NCBI GenBank assembly: GCA_965195195.1
Contig: CBDAFF010000083.1
Span: 4,225-68,224 of the forward strand
Length of the DNA: 64,000 nt
Source of the DNA: an uncultured Anaerolineales bacterium
Lineage (GTDB): Bacteria > Chloroflexota > Anaerolineae > Anaerolineales > E44-bin32
Direction: 5' to 3'
The translations under genes and the position numbers were made by a program. Under the pieces are notes generated by a model. It ran no database searches. It was not told where the DNA came from and worked only from the letters and a program-made list of their open reading frames with translations. The first letter of the stretch is position 1. Each line of letters starts with the position of its first letter. Below, in pieces: positions 19,922 through 30,128 of the stretch.

Positions 19922-21541
19922 CTAATTTCCCAACCAGGCTTCGCCGATCTCCTCGGGTCGCACGGGGCGTGAGAGATTATAGAAGATTTGGTAATCCCCG
20001 ATCATTTCCTCCTCCCACACTACTCCAAGCCTACGGAAACTCGCCCTGATGCTCTCATCAAGGGCTGGATGGAATGTAGTGATGTATGCAACGCGGTCAC
20101 TTCGTTCCACGAGAACCTGGTATGGTTCATAGCGATCATCCCGAGCGGTGTATCGGAAATCCAGATGGTACGGGAGCCTGGGGATATAGATCAACTCCTC
20201 GTCTGACTCAAAGGCAAGCGGATAGGAAACCCAATAGTTAGAATACCCCCTCGTCTCTCCATGTTTGGATAGAAAATCGACAAGCTGCTCATCAAACCTG
20301 TGATTAACCCTGGTGACTGCATCAAATTGTGTGGTCATCCCAGGAGGATATTGGGCCGCTGCTTCCAGGTTGCTCCACAAGTTGAACGCTACAACAAATA
20401 CCAGGATCAACGCACGAAATCGTGCGTTGATCTTGAAAGCCGGCTGGGCGAAGAAGTCTCCTGCGAAAATTGCCAAGGTGAAATAAACAGGAAGAAAATA
20501 CCGACCTGACGGGTCGGATCCAAATGGAGTAACCACAAACATAAGGATCACCGCACCCATAACACCTGCAACCATCCAGTAAATCGCTCGCCGCGAGCTC
20601 TCATCCCGCAACCTGTGAAAAATTTGGATAAACACCAACAACCAGAAGACCAAAGCCAAGGGCACTAGTAAAAGAGCGATGGGTTCGGTCGTCCATGGGG
20701 GTCGAAATCCAAGAGTCACAGTAATTCCAAAGAGGAAAATATATTGGATATGTTTGGCTATCGTTGATAGGAACGCCGAGCCTGCATCGACCACAATTGC
20801 GGACCCAAAGAGTTCTTGAAATAAAACGCTGACACCATTTTCATAAGCCCAGATGATGAGTGGTAAAGCGCCGATAATTCCCGCAATAAAGATCAACGCT
20901 CCTTGAACCCACCATCGACTCCGCCGCGATTTAATCAAGCTGCGTACTACGATAACGGACGTCGGTAGGATGTATGCGATGGTCAACCCAAATGCCCAGA
21001 AACCGAGACCGGAAAAGAAACCCCACAACAGGTAGTTCATAGTATTGTCGGGTTGCTCATCAATTTGGACCGCCAGGAGAAGGAGCACTGCTCCAATAAG
21101 AAGCGCTTCCCCATACCCGCCAAGAGAGACGGTTGTGTAGAGGGTTAAGTTCACTGTGGGTACGGCTAAGAGCAAACCTGTTACCAGCCCCGCGAGTTGA
21201 CTCCTAAATATTCGCGCACTCAGATTTACGGCCAGAATAATCGTCCCGAGATAGAGCAGAATTTGGATCGCCCGGATGACGAAGACTTCGCTGCCGAAGA
21301 TCGTGAAGCCCAGCGCGGCGAGAGTCGCGTCCAGGCTTCCCATGTAGGTTTGTCCATAGAAGAAGACCGGCCAATTCCCTTCCAGGATATGGCGAGCCAT
21401 CAAGCCAACAATCGCTTCATCTGCGTTAAAGGGGAAAGCCCCTACGCTTAGAAGAGCTACTTTTAAAATGACGGCGAGGAAGAACAGACCAATGAGTATC
21501 CATATCAACAATTGGCGCGTTTGATCTGACTTTCCCATCAC
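19922..21541 (-). CDS. GT39/ArnT-like glycosyltransferase candidate (6 of 7)
   Basis: 539 aa and multi-TM. FPFNADEAIVGLMARHILEG follows TM1, and a soluble C-terminal domain is present. Confidence 0.7.
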   Translation of the reverse strand: MMGKSDQTRQLLIWILIGLFFLAVILKVALLSVGAFPFNADEAIVGLMARHILEGNWPVFFYGQTYMGSLDATLAALGFTIFGSEVFVIRAIQILLYLGTIILAVNLSARIFRSQLAGLVTGLLLAVPTVNLTLYTTVSLGGYGEALLIGAVLLLLAVQIDEQPDNTMNYLLWGFFSGLGFWAFGLTIAYILPTSVIVVRSLIKSRRSRWWVQGALIFIAGIIGALPLIIWAYENGVSVLFQELFGSAIVVDAGSAFLSTIAKHIQYIFLFGITVTLGFRPPWTTEPIALLLVPLALVFWLLVFIQIFHRLRDESSRRAIYWMVAGVMGAVILMFVVTPFGSDPSGRYFLPVYFTLAIFAGDFFAQPAFKINARFRALILVFVVAFNLWSNLEAAAQYPPGMTTQFDAVTRVNHRFDEQLVDFLSKHGETRGYSNYWVSYPLAFESDEELIYIPRLPYHLDFRYTARDDRYEPYQVLVERSDRVAYITTFHPALDESIRASFRRLGVVWEEEMIGDYQIFYNLSRPVRPEEIGEAWLGN

Positions 21542-21565
21542 GGATAGCCTCTGTATAATGCGCGG

Positions 21566-23071
21566 GTGCGTTTAAATAAATTCTTCAAACCCCAATGTCT
21601 CATACCGCTTCTCGCTATTGCACTCCGACTGATACCCGGAGCTCGAACCGTCGATGATGCCTTCATCACCTTCCGCTATGCCCAAAACCTCATCGCCGGG
21701 AATGGTCTTGTGTACAACCCGGGCGAATGGGTTTTAGGAACGACGACGCCCCTTTACGCTTTGTTGATTGCCGCCATAGGTTCTATCACAGGTGGCATCC
21801 AGGCTCCCTATCCAGAAATCGCAGTAGTAATTAGCGCTATTGCCGATGCGATGAGTTGCTTGATTATCATCCGTTTCTCGACGAACCTTGGATACCGCCG
21901 TGCTGGTATAGCTGCTGCATTGATATGGGCCGTTGCTCCGATGTCTGTCACTTTCGCGATTGGCGGCATGGAGACGAGCCTATTCATCCTCCTAATGTTG
22001 GGCACATTTTACATGCATTCGACCAACCAGCCAGTCCTCGCTGCCTTTATCGGCTCACTCAGCCTGCTAACCCGCCCTGATGCCCTTCTTTTTCTCCTTC
22101 CTCTAGGTCTTGAGCGCGCCTATCGAATATTCCGTTCGCACAATCGTCGCTTGCCACTTGCAGAGATCGCATCCTTCGTCATTCCAGTACTCATATGGTC
22201 CATTATTAGTACTATCTACTATGGGGATCCTCTCCCCCGCTCGATGGCGGCAAAAGCGGTTGCCTACTACCTTCCACCTGAAGCCGGAATCGTTCGACTG
22301 CTTCAGCATTATGCTACACCGTTCTTTAGCCACCTTGTTTTTGGAGCCTTCTCAATCGCGATTGGAATCATCCTATTTCCGACCCTCTTCATGATTGGCT
22401 GGTGGAGAATCATACGGGATAGAACCTGCATATGGCCCCTGGCCATCTACCCGATCCTCTATTTGTTCGTATTTTCAATCGCTAATCCGCTAATTTTTCG
22501 ATGGTACCTTACACCCCCGCTTCCCATATACTTTCTGGGGATCTTTATCGGCATTGAGGTATTAGGGCGGAATCTTCATTCACCGCTCCCTCTTACCATC
22601 TGCGGCATATTAGCGTTCGGCTTCACGCTCCACGGATGGACACTGCATCCGGATCATGGCCTGGATAGACCGGCACCGAAGATGGCCTATATTAAACTTG
22701 AAGAAGTTTATAGGCAGGTCGCATCCGATCTTCAGGGACAGATTCGCGAGGAGCAGATCCTCGCCGCTGCGGACATAGGGGTTTTGGGTTACTACACAGG
22801 ATCTCGCATTCTGGACACTGTCGGCTTAATCTCGCCTGAGAGTGAGGTTTACTACCCGCTTCCCGACGATTTCTATATCACCAACTACGCAATTCCCCCT
22901 GATCTCATCCACCAAGAAAAACCAGACTACCTTATATTCTTGGAGGTGTACGGTCGAAATGGCCTGCTTATGGATCCGCAGTTCCTGGACGAATATGATT
23001 TATTATTTCGGTACCAGACGGATATTTATGGGTCGGATGGGATGTTAGTCTACGTTCGTGTTAAACGATGA
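21566..23071 (+). CDS. Polytopic membrane protein, GT-C-like candidate (7 of 7), divergent from the other six
   Basis: 501 aa. TVDDAFITFRYAQNLIAGNG follows TM1 and resembles the motif in gene 1 of the array. GTG start. The gap to the divergent neighbour is only 24 nt. Confidence 0.65.
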   Translation: MRLNKFFKPQCLIPLLAIALRLIPGARTVDDAFITFRYAQNLIAGNGLVYNPGEWVLGTTTPLYALLIAAIGSITGGIQAPYPEIAVVISAIADAMSCLIIIRFSTNLGYRRAGIAAALIWAVAPMSVTFAIGGMETSLFILLMLGTFYMHSTNQPVLAAFIGSLSLLTRPDALLFLLPLGLERAYRIFRSHNRRLPLAEIASFVIPVLIWSIISTIYYGDPLPRSMAAKAVAYYLPPEAGIVRLLQHYATPFFSHLVFGAFSIAIGIILFPTLFMIGWWRIIRDRTCIWPLAIYPILYLFVFSIANPLIFRWYLTPPLPIYFLGIFIGIEVLGRNLHSPLPLTICGILAFGFTLHGWTLHPDHGLDRPAPKMAYIKLEEVYRQVASDLQGQIREEQILAAADIGVLGYYTGSRILDTVGLISPESEVYYPLPDDFYITNYAIPPDLIHQEKPDYLIFLEVYGRNGLLMDPQFLDEYDLLFRYQTDIYGSDGMLVYVRVKR

Positions 23072-23150
23072 AATTCGAAACCATATGAGGGGGATGTTAA
23101 GTCTCAAGTTCTGGTCTAAGGCGATACGACTGGTTAAATATAAGCTGGTG

Positions 23151-24443
23151 TCACTCCCCGAGAAAGTCAACCAAACGCTCGCGATGGTTCGGATGACGCA
23201 GGCGAGTCAGAGCCTGGGCTTCAATTTGTCTTATACGTTCACGCGTAACACCCATCTTTCGACCAACCTCTTCCAAGGTATAACTCCGTCCGTCTAAAAG
23301 ACCATAGCGTAGCTGTAAAATCCGAACCTCTCGCGGCGGGAGCGTACCTAGAGCTTCGCTGAGGTTCTCCTTAAGCAGATTTTGCGTCGCAATTTCAACA
23401 GGAGCAGGAGATTCAACATCCTGAATGAAATCGCCAAGGATTGAATCCGAATCCTCATCCGTCGGCATCTCAAGCGAGAGAGGACGGCGGGACACTTTCA
23501 TTAAATCTTCCGCTTTTCTAGGCGAAATTTGCAGCGCCTCTGCGAGATCTTCAGATGTGGGTGTGTGTCCCAATTGCTGCGTCAATTGATGAGAAACCCT
23601 CAGCATTTTATTTATTTGATCTCCCATATGGACAGGTACACGAATCGTTCTTCCTTGATCGGCAATAGCTCGGGTTACAGCTTGCCGTATCCACCATGTC
23701 GCATACGTAGAAAATTTATGCCCTCTGCGGTAATCGAACTTTTTCGCAGCCCGAATTAATCCAATATTCCCCTCCTGGATTAAATCCAAGAACGGCACAC
23801 CCCGACCGAGATATTTCTTCGCCACGCTAATCACAAGGCGCGAGTTTGCGGTAATGAGGTGCTCGCGAGCGGCCCACCCATCCTCAATCGAGACCTGAAG
23901 TTCAGCGCGTTTTTTCTGGGAAAGACTCTCTTGAGCAAGTTTCTCCCGAGCTCGCCAACCCCGCTCGATTCTCTTAGTGATTTCAACTTCTTCTTGAGCG
24001 GTAAGTAATGGGACACCACCCACTTCCCGAAGATAAAGACCAACTGAATCGTCCGTATCTACATTACTCAGGACATCCTCATCCGCTTTGTCTTTTACCT
24101 GTGCTTCAGGTTTAGCTTCTCGCTCAGTGCCTTCTTCCTCCGCACTCTCATCTACTACATTTATCCCTGCGGCGAGGAGCGCTGAATACATCTCTTCAAG
24201 CTGATCTAAATCTTGCTCGGCTTCTGGGAAGGCGCCGAGGATATCATCTAGCGTGATGTAACCACGATCTTTCCCGAGTTCGATCAGCTGGTCGATCGCG
24301 GGATTCTCTAGTTCGCTGGCAAGATTCTCATTGGAATCTATGCTCTCCTGGCGCGAGCCATTATTATTTTCGCCTAAGGGCAATTTCATTGATTTTGTAC
24401 TTCGTTTCTTATTACTCAATCTACGATACTCCGACTCCAGCAT
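23151..24443 (-). CDS. rpoD: Primary-type RNA polymerase sigma factor (RpoD/SigA)
   Basis: Region 2 ([27 protein letters not shown]), region 3, region 4 ([18 protein letters not shown]) and an acidic N-terminal region are all present. The start is uncertain: the open frame begins at a TTG at 24467, and ATG candidates lie at 24443 and 24389. Confidence 0.9.
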   Translation of the reverse strand: MLESEYRRLSNKKRSTKSMKLPLGENNNGSRQESIDSNENLASELENPAIDQLIELGKDRGYITLDDILGAFPEAEQDLDQLEEMYSALLAAGINVVDESAEEEGTEREAKPEAQVKDKADEDVLSNVDTDDSVGLYLREVGGVPLLTAQEEVEITKRIERGWRAREKLAQESLSQKKRAELQVSIEDGWAAREHLITANSRLVISVAKKYLGRGVPFLDLIQEGNIGLIRAAKKFDYRRGHKFSTYATWWIRQAVTRAIADQGRTIRVPVHMGDQINKMLRVSHQLTQQLGHTPTSEDLAEALQISPRKAEDLMKVSRRPLSLEMPTDEDSDSILGDFIQDVESPAPVEIATQNLLKENLSEALGTLPPREVRILQLRYGLLDGRSYTLEEVGRKMGVTRERIRQIEAQALTRLRHPNHRERLVDFLGE

Positions 24444-24840
24444 ACATTCTTCCGCCCCGCCCCGCAATACCCATCAGGTACACTCAATAGCGAGACAGTC
24501 GAACTTATATGACCACTAACGTAGGCACTGTCGCTAGTGTGAGACAATCAGTTTTCTTAAATTGTCCAATTTCCAGAAAATTAAGCGCAGACTTGGAAAT
24601 CTTGGTTTTTCAGCGGGTTCAGGTGCAAGATCAGACGTAGAAAAAGCACCGCTGCCGCGAAATGGAAGGCAACATGTGCTTTTGAAGACCAAAAAATGTG
24701 CCGAACCTCCAAAACACTATACATAAAGGGAACACCGAAGTCAATATGCAATTGACTTCAGGTGTCACCCTTCTCTGCCTGAATACTCGAAGTTTGCAGA
24801 AGCGGAAATGACAAGCAGGTTGATTTATTGAAAAATCATC

Positions 24841-24869
24841 TTGACATCACCTAGAGCGCACATTACAAT
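24841..24869 (+). promoter_or_regulatory. Near-consensus sigma-70-type promoter upstream of hppA
   Basis: TTGACA (24841-24846), a 17-nt spacer, then TACAAT (24864-24869). This implies a leader of about 205-210 nt before the ATG at 25082. Confidence 0.5.
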
Positions 24870-25081
24870 CTCTCGGCTTCCAAACCAACAATTGTAAGCT
24901 CCACTCCTCTGATACTTTAACGATGCTCATAGATGTTGGCTGACACGTTTTATGAGAGATGAGCGACAGGGATCTTGGGCGAGCCAAACCGGCTCGTATT
25001 TATATTCTGTCGCTAATTGATATTAAATCAAAAGTGAAAATTAAGCACAGTATCATGACCGATTATTAAAAAGGAGACCAA

Positions 25082-27343
25082 ATGAACGAGCTTAATCCGA
25101 TCGAGCAGACAATGTTATGGGGCGTGATGGCCGTTGCCTTCATCAGCCTTATCTATGCTTACTGGCTATGGAAACAAACAATAGGCAAAGACAAAGGCAC
25201 GCAAAAAATGCAGGATGTGTGGCTCGCCATTAAAGCGGGAGCGGAAGGCTATCTGCGCAAGCAGCTCCGAACCATTGCATTGGTCGTCGTCGCGCTGACA
25301 GTTATTCTCTTCCTGAGCGTTTACGTTATCCCACCCTCACGAGAGGCTGTTGAACGGTTCGGTGATAATGCTGTGATCATCATCGCCGTCGGGCGTACAC
25401 TCGCTTTTATCCTCGGTGCGGCATTTTCCACGATTGTCGGTCAGTTAGGCATGCGTGTGGCCATTGAAGGTAATATCCGCGTCGCTGCAGAAGCGGTACG
25501 CGAAGACTACAATGGAGCTTTGACAGTTGCCTACCGAGCCGGGACCTTCACAGGAATGCTCGTCGACGGCTTGGGTTTGCTTGGCGGAACAGCAATTTTC
25601 ATGATCTTCGGCCGCGCAGCGCCCGACGCGCTCCTCGGCTTCGGCTTCGGTGGAACCCTCGTAGCGCTCTTCATGCGCATTGGCGGCGGGATCTATACGA
25701 AAGCCGCTGACGTCGGCGCAGATCTCGTGGGCAAGGTCGAAGAGGGTCTCCCTGAGGATGACCCCCGCAATGCCGGCGTGATTGCAGATCTCGTCGGCGA
25801 CAATGTGGGTGACTGCGCCGGAATGGCGGCAGACATCTTCGAATCCTACGAAGTGACAATCGTCTCCACCTTAATCCTCGGACTCGTATTGCTTCACATA
25901 ACCGGGGATACCTTCTGGATCGTCTTCCCCCTTATCGTGCGCGCGATCGGCGTGATCTCCTCTATCATAGGGACTCTCACAGTCCCCATCTGGGAAAAGT
26001 TCCCGATAAAGTTACTTCGCGCGAAGGATGCAGAGGAAGCCATGTTCCGCTCCTACGAGGTTTCCAGCATCAACACGGTGGTGTGGACTTTCGTCTTCGC
26101 TATGCTCTATGCGGGTGAGTGGAAGCTGGCATTGCTTAGTTCTATCGGCGTCGGTTTGGCGGTAGTATTCAACCCGCTTTCCTCTTACTTCACTTCCTAC
26201 CATAAGAAGCCAGTGAAGGAAATCGTCGAGTCAATGAAGACCGGCACGGCAACGACTGTGCTGTCCGGTCTCGCAGTTGGTCTAGAAGCGAGCGTATGGA
26301 GTGTATTAGTTATCTGCGTAGCCCTGGCATCAAGCTACTTACTCTATCTAGGAGAAGCGCCGATTTATGCCTTGTACGGCGTAGCCATGGTCGGGATCGG
26401 TATGCTCTCGCACACCGGCAACAACGTTGCGATGGATTCGTTTGGACCGATTGCCGACAATGCAAACGGCATTGGTGAAATGGCTGGCGTTGGCGAGAAA
26501 GCCTGGAAAATCATGGCTGAGCTCGACGCAGTCGGTAATACCACCAAGGCAATCACAAAACAAATCGCTATTGCCTCAGCCGTCATCGCTGCCACCAGCT
26601 TGTTTTTCTCCTACGTAACCGATATCGGCCTCATGCAGGAACGGCTCGGCGTGGAGGTTCTTGATTCGATTCGAATATCGACTCTTGACACCGTAATTGG
26701 CTTCTTAATTGGTGGCGCTCTGCCCTTCCTCTTCTCTTCATACAGCATCAAAGCTGTAGCCCGTGGAGCAAACCTGGTTGTCGAGGAAGTGCGACGACAG
26801 TTCCGCATCCCCGGCGTTCTTGAAGGAAAGGTTACTCCTGACTACGCCAAGGTGGTCAGTATTACTACAGCCGCCTCTCAGAAAGAACTTCTCAGTCTTA
26901 CCGTACTCACCGTGGCGACTCCTCTACTTGTGGGTATCCTCTTCAATGTTGAGGCGCTCGGCGCCTTCCTGGCTGGGGTAATCCTCTCCGGACAACTACT
27001 GGCTGTATTTATGGCCATATCCGGCGGCGCGCTGGATAACGCCAAGAAGTACGTCGAGGATGGTCATCTCGGCGGCAAAGGCTCACCCGCTCATCGAGCC
27101 GGCGTCGAAGGTGATACGGTCGGCGATCCACTAAAGGATACGGCCGGACCCGCGCTGAATCCGATGATCAAGGTCGTCAATCTCATCAGTCTCCTGGCGG
27201 CACCTGTAATCGTGCAATACCAGGGAACAATTGGCTCATGGATCGTTGCCGGCATCCTACTCTTGATGACGATCTGGGCCATCCGCAAAAGCTCCACCCC
27301 GATGGAGCACCATGAAATCGAAAAGGCTCTTGCAGAGTCATAA
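25082..27343 (+). CDS. hppA: Membrane-integral pyrophosphate-energised cation pump (M-PPase)
   Basis: 753 aa with about 16 TM helices. Motifs include GGGIYTKAADVGADLVGK, DNVGDCAGMAAD and GDTVGDPLKDTAGPALN. GNTTKAITK has Lys at the position associated with K+-independent enzymes. AGGAG ribosome-binding site. Confidence 0.95.
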   Translation: MNELNPIEQTMLWGVMAVAFISLIYAYWLWKQTIGKDKGTQKMQDVWLAIKAGAEGYLRKQLRTIALVVVALTVILFLSVYVIPPSREAVERFGDNAVIIIAVGRTLAFILGAAFSTIVGQLGMRVAIEGNIRVAAEAVREDYNGALTVAYRAGTFTGMLVDGLGLLGGTAIFMIFGRAAPDALLGFGFGGTLVALFMRIGGGIYTKAADVGADLVGKVEEGLPEDDPRNAGVIADLVGDNVGDCAGMAADIFESYEVTIVSTLILGLVLLHITGDTFWIVFPLIVRAIGVISSIIGTLTVPIWEKFPIKLLRAKDAEEAMFRSYEVSSINTVVWTFVFAMLYAGEWKLALLSSIGVGLAVVFNPLSSYFTSYHKKPVKEIVESMKTGTATTVLSGLAVGLEASVWSVLVICVALASSYLLYLGEAPIYALYGVAMVGIGMLSHTGNNVAMDSFGPIADNANGIGEMAGVGEKAWKIMAELDAVGNTTKAITKQIAIASAVIAATSLFFSYVTDIGLMQERLGVEVLDSIRISTLDTVIGFLIGGALPFLFSSYSIKAVARGANLVVEEVRRQFRIPGVLEGKVTPDYAKVVSITTAASQKELLSLTVLTVATPLLVGILFNVEALGAFLAGVILSGQLLAVFMAISGGALDNAKKYVEDGHLGGKGSPAHRAGVEGDTVGDPLKDTAGPALNPMIKVVNLISLLAAPVIVQYQGTIGSWIVAGILLLMTIWAIRKSSTPMEHHEIEKALAES

Positions 27344-27373
27344 ACAAAACCGTAACTGAACCGCTTTCCAAAA

Positions 27374-27399
27374 AGCCCGGCATGATGCCGGGCTTTTTT
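27374..27399 (+). terminator. Rho-independent terminator of hppA
   Basis: AGCCCGGC-atgat-GCCGGGCT stem-loop followed by TTTTTT, 31 nt after the stop codon. Confidence 0.8.
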
Positions 27400-27611
27400 A
27401 CTTTCTTGTAAAACACCGCTGTTGTACAATATCGGGCAAACGTTTGATGCTCAACTGTGGTCATAGTATCCATGCAAGTCATTACACTTTGGACTGCGTC
27501 TATGATTGAGAGTTTCTCCACATGATGAAGGTTCTCGATTTACGGATTTCGTGAGCGCGGTCGGCATTATCACTATTACCGCCGAATTATGGAGAAAAAC
27601 CAATCTCATCA

Positions 27612-29984
27612 ATGCAAAATAATCGGCGCCCTCTCTACACTTATGCCTTCTCAGTTCTATTCCTGCTTGTCATCAGCCTTAGCTATGAAAGTCTAAACCC
27701 TTATCTCGAGGCTTTTGGACTGGTTTTCTCGATTAGCATGGGATTCGCATTCCTCATATTCCGTGACCGCAGCCGCCCTATCCGCATCCCAAAAGCCCTT
27801 GTAGTTATTGGCGCCTATATACTGTACTGCGGCTTACTTATACTACGCTCTCCCCAACCTCTTCCCGGCTTAGAGAAGTGGGCAATCAATATCCTGCTCT
27901 TTCTCGCTTTTTTTATCGTAAGCGACTCACTCGAGGCTGGCTGGTCAAATAATACCTGGGAAAACGCCCTGCTAAACCTTGCAGTAGTATTTTCCTTGCT
28001 TGAGATTGCCCTTGCAGGAGCATGGTACCTACGATGGGCAAACATCGCAGGGACGATCTTCTCTTTGCCACCTGTGGGTTATCGTTTATTTGGTCTTTTT
28101 ATTGGACATGCGAATGTATTCTCGGGTTATATCAACCTCCTGCTTCCAATTGTCCTCTTGCGATTAATCCAAAGTCGGAATACTCGACTGCGATTGCTCT
28201 GGGGGTTTGTCATTGGCCTCTTTATTCTGGTCCAATACTTCGCATCATCACGAGGTGGTTGGATCAGCGCCATAGCTGGTCTAGGGATTACTATCCTCCT
28301 TTTCCGTTGGCCGCGGATTCGAGCATTTCTCTTGCACGGCCGCCGGACAATGGTCCAACGTAGAACCTTAAAAAACCTTACCATTTTCGCCTTGAGTGCT
28401 GGATTAATAATTGCTCTTGGCGTAATCTTCATACTACAAGTTCAGGTTTCCCCCGGCCATGCCCCTATCACATCAGCTCGCACTGGAATTTGGTCAGCTG
28501 CATTGGAAATCATTTCACAATCGCCAATATTCGGGCATGGTCCTGGCTCTTTCTCTACACTCTTCGCCCAAACTAACCAGCTCCCACCTGGATTTTCCAC
28601 GAGTCACGCTCACAACGCCCTTCTGCAGGTCACTGCTCAGAGTGGTCTGGTGGGTCTTGGATTGATTATTGCCGCTGTTGTAATACTCGCTGTCACAATC
28701 ACTTCGATATATCGAAGAGCGGATGCGAAAGAAAGAATCCGATTATCTGCCTACATTGGAGCTGGAGCAGCAGTCGCAATCCATCATCTGTTTGATTATC
28801 TCTTTGAGAGTCCTGCCTATACAGCCGCTGTGCTTGTCATCCTTGCACTCACACTTCGTCAGTCGAGAGATCGGGGCAACATCGTCGTTTCCCCCCGCCA
28901 GGGAATATTAATTTTCCTTCCCCTACTCCTTCTCGCAGTTGGAGGATGGTCCCTGGCATCTCGAGGTGCATTCACGTATTGGCGTGGAATATCTGCCGCA
29001 CGGGCAGAAGATTACGAGCTTGCATCTGAAAATCTATGTCGAGCTGCTGATAAGAATCCTGATTTCTCCCTTTACTCTTTTCAATGTGGCCTTGCATTGG
29101 CTTACCTTGACGATCAAGTACACGATGTCCACCACCTTCAGGAAGCCATCAGAGCTTATGAGCATGGTCTTTCGATAGATCCTTTTTGGCCTCCCCACCA
29201 AGCAAACTATGCCGCCTTGCTCTGGGCAATTGGAGAACAAGAAGATGCGATTCAAGAATTGAACTTTGCGCGTGATTCTGCCCCTCGGCAAAGTATTTTT
29301 CATCAGAATGCGGGAATGTGGCTGGAGACTTTGCAGCGTCCCGTGGAAGCACAATCTGCATATCTCAAAGCGCTGGAAAGCGGACCACATTTAGCGAACA
29401 GCAAATTCTTCGAACTGTCCTCCATTCGTAAGCAAGCACTTTCAAGTTACATTGAGGAACAGAACTTACAGGCAACAGAAACGCCAATCATAGTAGGTTG
29501 GGAATTTCTGCAGGACGGTGATCTTCTCCAGGCTCATGCCGCCTTTACCAACGCATTAGATCAGAATCCCCTGAATGTGGAGGCCTATCGAGGTCTCGCA
29601 CAAACCTCTCTTCTTATGGGTGAACTTGTGGAAGCGAAAAAGTTAATTGACACGGCGTATTTCGTCGGTGGCAACTCGGCTAGGGTATCCTTCACCGCTG
29701 CGGAGATCGCACTTGCTCAAGGAGACCGACAAACTGCTGAAAACATCGTTCTACAGGGCTTCAATCAGATCTTGAATCATTCCAGCTCCTGGTCTTTCTA
29801 TGGACGCACTTATGGAAGATTTTTTCCTGAACCAGATCTTGTACCTCAACTTTACCGATTAAACCTCAGTGAAAAAGACCTGGTGACGGTATCTATAGTC
29901 ATTGACTATCTCCGTGAACAAGGCAATTACGAGGAAGCTGCCTTCATCGAGATGAAATTGTCTCAGGAAGGATACATCGACTGA
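27612..29984 (+). CDS. O-antigen-ligase-like (Wzy_C) membrane protein fused to C-terminal TPR repeats
   Basis: The N-terminal 440 aa or so are multi-TM, with FGHGPGSF...HAHNALLQVTAQSGLVG (a Wzy_C-type loop). About 340 aa of TPR-like repeats follow. Confidence 0.8.
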   Translation: MQNNRRPLYTYAFSVLFLLVISLSYESLNPYLEAFGLVFSISMGFAFLIFRDRSRPIRIPKALVVIGAYILYCGLLILRSPQPLPGLEKWAINILLFLAFFIVSDSLEAGWSNNTWENALLNLAVVFSLLEIALAGAWYLRWANIAGTIFSLPPVGYRLFGLFIGHANVFSGYINLLLPIVLLRLIQSRNTRLRLLWGFVIGLFILVQYFASSRGGWISAIAGLGITILLFRWPRIRAFLLHGRRTMVQRRTLKNLTIFALSAGLIIALGVIFILQVQVSPGHAPITSARTGIWSAALEIISQSPIFGHGPGSFSTLFAQTNQLPPGFSTSHAHNALLQVTAQSGLVGLGLIIAAVVILAVTITSIYRRADAKERIRLSAYIGAGAAVAIHHLFDYLFESPAYTAAVLVILALTLRQSRDRGNIVVSPRQGILIFLPLLLLAVGGWSLASRGAFTYWRGISAARAEDYELASENLCRAADKNPDFSLYSFQCGLALAYLDDQVHDVHHLQEAIRAYEHGLSIDPFWPPHQANYAALLWAIGEQEDAIQELNFARDSAPRQSIFHQNAGMWLETLQRPVEAQSAYLKALESGPHLANSKFFELSSIRKQALSSYIEEQNLQATETPIIVGWEFLQDGDLLQAHAAFTNALDQNPLNVEAYRGLAQTSLLMGELVEAKKLIDTAYFVGGNSARVSFTAAEIALAQGDRQTAENIVLQGFNQILNHSSSWSFYGRTYGRFFPEPDLVPQLYRLNLSEKDLVTVSIVIDYLREQGNYEEAAFIEMKLSQEGYID

Positions 29985-30128
29985 AATCAGGGACGAAGCC
30001 GAACAGGTTTATTAACTTATGTATTCTAGAGCACAGATGCGGATAGACCGGCCTATACAAGTTATACTCAGCCTTCTCGTCTACACGTCCATTGCCCGAT
30101 CATCAACTCCAGCGTATGATTGCCTGAA

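Noticed and set aside
21542-21565. The 24-nt gap between the divergent GT-C genes, considered as a shared bidirectional promoter.
   Set aside because: It is too short to hold two promoters. One or both annotated starts (a GTG at 21566, an ATG-ATG at 21541) are more likely upstream of the true starts. The sequence alone cannot resolve this.
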